Below are positions 52,752 to 56,122 of a stretch of DNA of 56,122 nt, one piece after another. The stretch spans positions 1 through 56,122 of the forward strand of contig JAGWVF010000007.1 of the NCBI GenBank assembly GCA_018971045.1, written 5' to 3'. Origin of the DNA: Patescibacteria group bacterium. GTDB taxonomy: Bacteria > Patescibacteriota > Minisyncoccia > Phycocordibacterales > Phycocordibacteraceae. Both the position numbers and the translations under genes were made by a program. Each line of letters starts with the position of its first letter. Position 1 is the stretch's first letter. The notes beneath the pieces are model-generated. The model was not told the DNA's origin. It searched no databases and was given only the letters and a program-made list of their open reading frames with translations.

Positions 52752-55700
52752 CTACTTAGAGTAGCTGAGTGCGTTCGAGGTGAAGTTCTTGAGGAGGTAA
52801 CCGTTGGTCCAGTCAGTGGTCGAGATCGTGTGGCCAGAAGCCGAGCGATCAGACCAGCTGGTGTTGCCAGAAGCAGATGCTGCACCGTTAGCGACCGTTG
52901 CCGAGTCAGCTGCAAGGCTGATCGTGATGGTCGAACCGGTTGCACCATAGCTCGAGACAGTGCCGTAGAGGTCGTAGACCTTCGTTGCACCGGCTGCGAC
53001 CTGCTGGTACTGCGGCTGCGAAGAGTTCTTCGTCAGGTCGACCGTGATGGTCGTAGCTGTCGTAGAAGCTGACGTAGTCGTGTTGTCGAGCAGGTTCGTG
53101 CCTGACGAGTCATCCGTGAGGTAGACGTTCGAGACACTTGCTGTCACAGTCGCGATGTTGAACGTGAGCTTAGACCACTCGATTGCGCCTGCAGGATCAG
53201 CAGTGATGCTGAACTTGTAGATCGGCGAGCCGGTCGACGGAACCGTCGATGACGGCGTGATCATAGCGAACGTCGGGATCGACTTGCGGACATAGAACGT
53301 GCCGTTTGAGGACACGACCGTGCCGGAGTTGATCTTCGTCGTCGTATTGCCAGCCGAGTCGGTTGCCGAGAAGACGCCTGCGGTGTTACCGGTATCAAGC
53401 TTGACCGAGATGGCCGCGCCTGAGGTAGCACCTGAAGCGATGGTCGGGATACCGACAGAGACATCGAGGTTAGCCGAGTCGTTCATCGGGACATACATAC
53501 CGAGACCGGTGAAGGTTGCGGTTGCGTATGCCATCGACGCGTTCGTCGTAAGCGCCTGAGTCTGCGTCTGGGTTGCGCCATTGGCATCCTTGTAGGTGAC
53601 CGTCACGTTCGTAACCGAGGTGGCTGCGCCATTCGGAACGAGGATCGCGAGGTTGTTCACCGTGTAGGACGAGTTCTGGGCTGCGAAGTTGAATTCGCCG
53701 ACATTCACTGAGCTTGCGCCAGCGATGACGTTCGTGCTTGTCGGATCGCCTGCACCGCGTGTCGGTGTAAGCGTACCTGCAGCAGCGATCGTGATCGTCT
53801 GGAGACCTGCTGTAGCAGACGGAGAAGTCGAGACGCTCGTTACGAGGCCAGTACCAGTCGTCGACGTATCAACCGTAAGAACGATCGTACCTGCGTTTGC
53901 GCCCGCGAGGACGTTGCCGTAGACATCGATGGTCTTGGTTGATGATGCCGGAACCGAGTAGCTGACATTGAACGAGTTGCTTGCTGACGGGGTCGTGATG
54001 ATCGAGCCGAGCTGAGTGCCCGTCGCATCATCCTTAAGCGTCAGGTTCGTGATCGACGCTGCGTTTGATGCAGACATCGTAAGCACGATCGTGTTGACGT
54101 TCACGCCTTCAGTCGAACCGGTCGAGAGCGTGAATGCGCCAAGCTTGGCGTTGTTGCTGCCCGACACGAGCGTCTGATTGCCGTAACCGGTGTACTTCGT
54201 CGCGGTGAGCGAAGAAGACGAGACGGTCACGCTGTTAGTCGAGACAGCTGAAGCAGGAACGTTGGTCGAGACGAGCGAGGACATACCCTGGCCGTTCGAA
54301 GAACCTGCCTTAAGCGAGACGATAACAGTTGAGTTGTTCGGAAGGTTCGTACCTGCCGTGTCCTGCGCATCCGCGTAGATGTCAACCTTGGTGGTGACAC
54401 CTGCCGGGAGGATGAGCGATGAGCCGAGCGCGAAGTCCGTCACACCCGCAACGAGCGAGCCGATGTCCTTCGTCGATCCGACCTGCACGCCATTAACGAA
54501 GATCTTACCGTTGTTCAGGCCGCCAACCCCTGCGAGTGCGCCTGACGACTGGGTCGAAGAAGCGTACACATAGAGGTCCTGGACCTTCACGTTTTCACCC
54601 GACGCGAGCATCGAGAAGGTTGCAAACTTCACTGAAGATGCACCCGTTGCGATGTTCGCAGTCGGAGAAGAAGGGTCAAGCGAAACCGAGACACCCGAGC
54701 TTGCCGTCACGGCAGCGATCGTCTGGACGCCAGAGTTTGCTGCGGAGAAGGCAGTGCCTGCGGTGGTCGTGTTGAGCAAGACCGGCTGGTTGAGCTGCGC
54801 GTCAACGAACATAGCATCAGATGAGCGCTGTACCGAGAGCTGGAGCGTGCGGCTCGAGCCACCAGTAATGTTCGCGAGCACCTTGATGACATGGCTCTGG
54901 GTTGAGAGCGAGACCGGAGCTGCAGAGAGATCGAAGGTGACCGTGCGGTCTGCACCCATCGTCGGAACTGCTGAACCAACCTGCGTGCCATCTACATAGA
55001 GGCGGAGGTTGATCACATTCGTTGCGTCAATCGAACCGAGGTTCGTGAGGCGCAGTGACGAAAGCTTAACCGGATTCGTTGATACAGCGACGGTGTTCTG
55101 CCAGACGACGACATCATTTGCCGGGGTCAGGCTGGTGTTCGTCGACGGAAGCGTAGTTCCGTTGAAGACAACCGAAGCAAGAGTGGCAGACGAGACAGTC
55201 TGGTAGCCAGAGTTAACCGGGAAGCTGACGGAAGAATCGAGCGTACCGTTTGAAGAAACGGATACGAGCGAAGCTCCGATCTGCGAGCCGGAAGTTCCAG
55301 ACGCAATGTCAGCGCGAACCGAGACCGTATAGACGCCGCCTGCAGGCACCGTGAAGATGGCTGTAGGATCGCTGTACGAGAACTGGCTCGATGAAACGCC
55401 TGCTGAGTCAGTGATGCGCGTTGCCCCGTTGTAGAGGTACACGTTCGACAGAGCAGAGTCGTTGCTGACACCGATGCGCTTGAACGTAAGGCCAGTGACG
55501 TTGATCGGAGCAGAGGTCGGGTTCGAGAACGTGAAGTCCGCGATATCACCGATGCCCTGACCTGCAACGAGCACGGAGCCGTTCGGCGAGGTCGGCGAGA
55601 CCATGACCTTGAGGCCATTGCCTGTGCCTGCGCTCACCGTACCGCCAGTGGTGCCGGTCGAGGCCGTTCCGCAGAATGCGGCGCGGCTCTTAGCACCGAA

Positions 55701-56122
55701 GTAGCCAGCTGCCGGCGATACGCCTGCAGCAGTCTGCCACTTCATGACTGCGGCCTTGGTGATAGCACCGAAGTAACCCGTTGCGCTGCCTGACATGTAG
55801 CCCTTAGCGATAAGAGCAGTCTGGAGCTGAGAAACCTCGGAACCGGTCGAGCCGACAGTAAGGTCCTTTGTGAAGACGCATGCTGCGCTCGATGAGCCAG
55901 TACCAGTCGTGACCGGAGCACTTCCGGTGAGGGAAGCCTGAACGTTCGCGATCGTGGTGCTGTCTGCACCGAAGGACTGAAGAAGCGAGAGGATCGCCTG
56001 AACCTGCGAATCGGTCAACGCCGCGTGCACCATCGGTGCAAACGAGAGCATTGACGTCGCCATCGCGAGTCCGGTCGCCACCGCCGCGACCTTCGCGATC
56101 GCTTTAGTAGTTACATTTTCCA
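52752..56122 (-). CDS. Giant secreted Ser/Thr/Ala/Gly-rich surface protein with an N-terminal peptidoglycan-binding domain; the 5' end may lie just beyond the window
   Basis: The 1109-aa ORF in the track starts at GTG 56081, but the frame stays open to the window edge (..ENVTTKAIAKVAAVATGLAMATSMLSFAPMVHA|ALTD looks like a signal peptide). The PG_binding_1-like segment is GSTGSEVSQLQTALIAKGYMSGSATGYFGAITKAAVMKWQ. About 950 aa of beta-rich S/T-rich sequence follows. Confidence 0.85.
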   Translation of the reverse strand, partial: ENVTTKAIAKVAAVATGLAMATSMLSFAPMVHAALTDSQVQAILSLLQSFGADSTTIANVQASLTGSAPVTTGTGSSSAACVFTKDLTVGSTGSEVSQLQTALIAKGYMSGSATGYFGAITKAAVMKWQTAAGVSPAAGYFGAKSRAAFCGTASTGTTGGTVSAGTGNGLKVMVSPTSPNGSVLVAGQGIGDIADFTFSNPTSAPINVTGLTFKRIGVSNDSALSNVYLYNGATRITDSAGVSSSQFSYSDPTAIFTVPAGGVYTVSVRADIASGTSGSQIGASLVSVSSNGTLDSSVSFPVNSGYQTVSSATLASVVFNGTTLPSTNTSLTPANDVVVWQNTVAVSTNPVKLSSLRLTNLGSIDATNVINLRLYVDGTQVGSAVPTMGADRTVTFDLSAAPVSLSTQSHVIKVLANITGGSSRTLQLSVQRSSDAMFVDAQLNQPVLLNTTTAGTAFSAANSGVQTIAAVTASSGVSVSLDPSSPTANIATGASSVKFATFSMLASGENVKVQDLYVYASSTQSSGALAGVGGLNNGKIFVNGVQVGSTKDIGSLVAGVTDFALGSSLILPAGVTTKVDIYADAQDTAGTNLPNNSTVIVSLKAGSSNGQGMSSLVSTNVPASAVSTNSVTVSSSSLTATKYTGYGNQTLVSGSNNAKLGAFTLSTGSTEGVNVNTIVLTMSASNAASITNLTLKDDATGTQLGSIITTPSASNSFNVSYSVPASSTKTIDVYGNVLAGANAGTIVLTVDTSTTGTGLVTSVSTSPSATAGLQTITIAAAGTLTPTRGAGDPTSTNVIAGASSVNVGEFNFAAQNSSYTVNNLAILVPNGAATSVTNVTVTYKDANGATQTQTQALTTNASMAYATATFTGLGMYVPMNDSANLDVSVGIPTIASGATSGAAISVKLDTGNTAGVFSATDSAGNTTTKINSGTVVSSNGTFYVRKSIPTFAMITPSSTVPSTGSPIYKFSITADPAGAIEWSKLTFNIATVTASVSNVYLTDDSSGTNLLDNTTTSASTTATTITVDLTKNSSQPQYQQVAAGATKVYDLYGTVSSYGATGSTITISLAADSATVANGAASASGNTSWSDRSASGHTISTTDWTNGYLLKNFTSNALSYSK

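Noticed and set aside
1-56122. CRISPR arrays, IS elements, transposases, integrases, prophage blocks, toxin-antitoxin pairs or known defence systems
   Set aside because: I saw no direct-repeat/spacer periodicity. No ORF has recognisable transposase, integrase, Cas, restriction or TA motifs. The only repeat structures are the tRNA-Ile remnants and the rRNA processing arms.

Overview
The window is a high-GC (about 60% by eye) bacterial chromosome segment, almost entirely coding and mostly on the minus strand. The 16S rRNA is divergent (GTGCCAGCAGGAGCGGTAATAC replaces the universal 515F site). The gene content includes Wzy_C+TPR membrane proteins, ComEA, a soluble VirD4/TraD-like ATPase and giant Ser/Thr-rich surface proteins. 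Together these suggest a Patescibacteria/CPR (Parcubacteria-like) organism; this is an inference. Housekeeping genes present are gatB, obg, secA, murB, murD, murC, rsmI, rplJ and rplL, plus a 16S rRNA and tRNA-Ile(GAU) unit with no 23S downstream. From about 10.8 to 38.1 kb lies a roughly 27 kb cell-surface glycan locus. It holds a Wzx-like flippase, seven GT4 enzymes, GT2, GT9 and GT-A transferases, tandem Gmd paralogues with a C-methyltransferase, a polyprenyl-phosphate-mannose synthase next to a polytopic membrane protein, GtrA, a deacetylase, SDR enzymes and a truncated UGDH-like gene. Both window edges cut giant surface proteins. No CRISPR array, IS element, integrase or recognisable defence system was seen. 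The main observations worth a second look are listed below.
- The 16S 3' tail lacks the CCUCC anti-SD, and -10-like boxes sit 5-10 nt upstream of many start codons, suggesting a leaderless regime.
- A ladder of tRNA-Ile 3'-end remnants lies downstream of the intact tRNA.
- Two adjacent membrane-tethered HTH proteins sit beside a low-GC island.
- An SDR is fused to an orphan GT4 N-domain.
- A VirD4-like ATPase is coupled to a ComEA-PKD-LTD protein.
- A Wzy_C/TPR gene lies next to a Ser/Thr-rich peptidoglycan-binding giant protein, a candidate protein O-glycosylation module.
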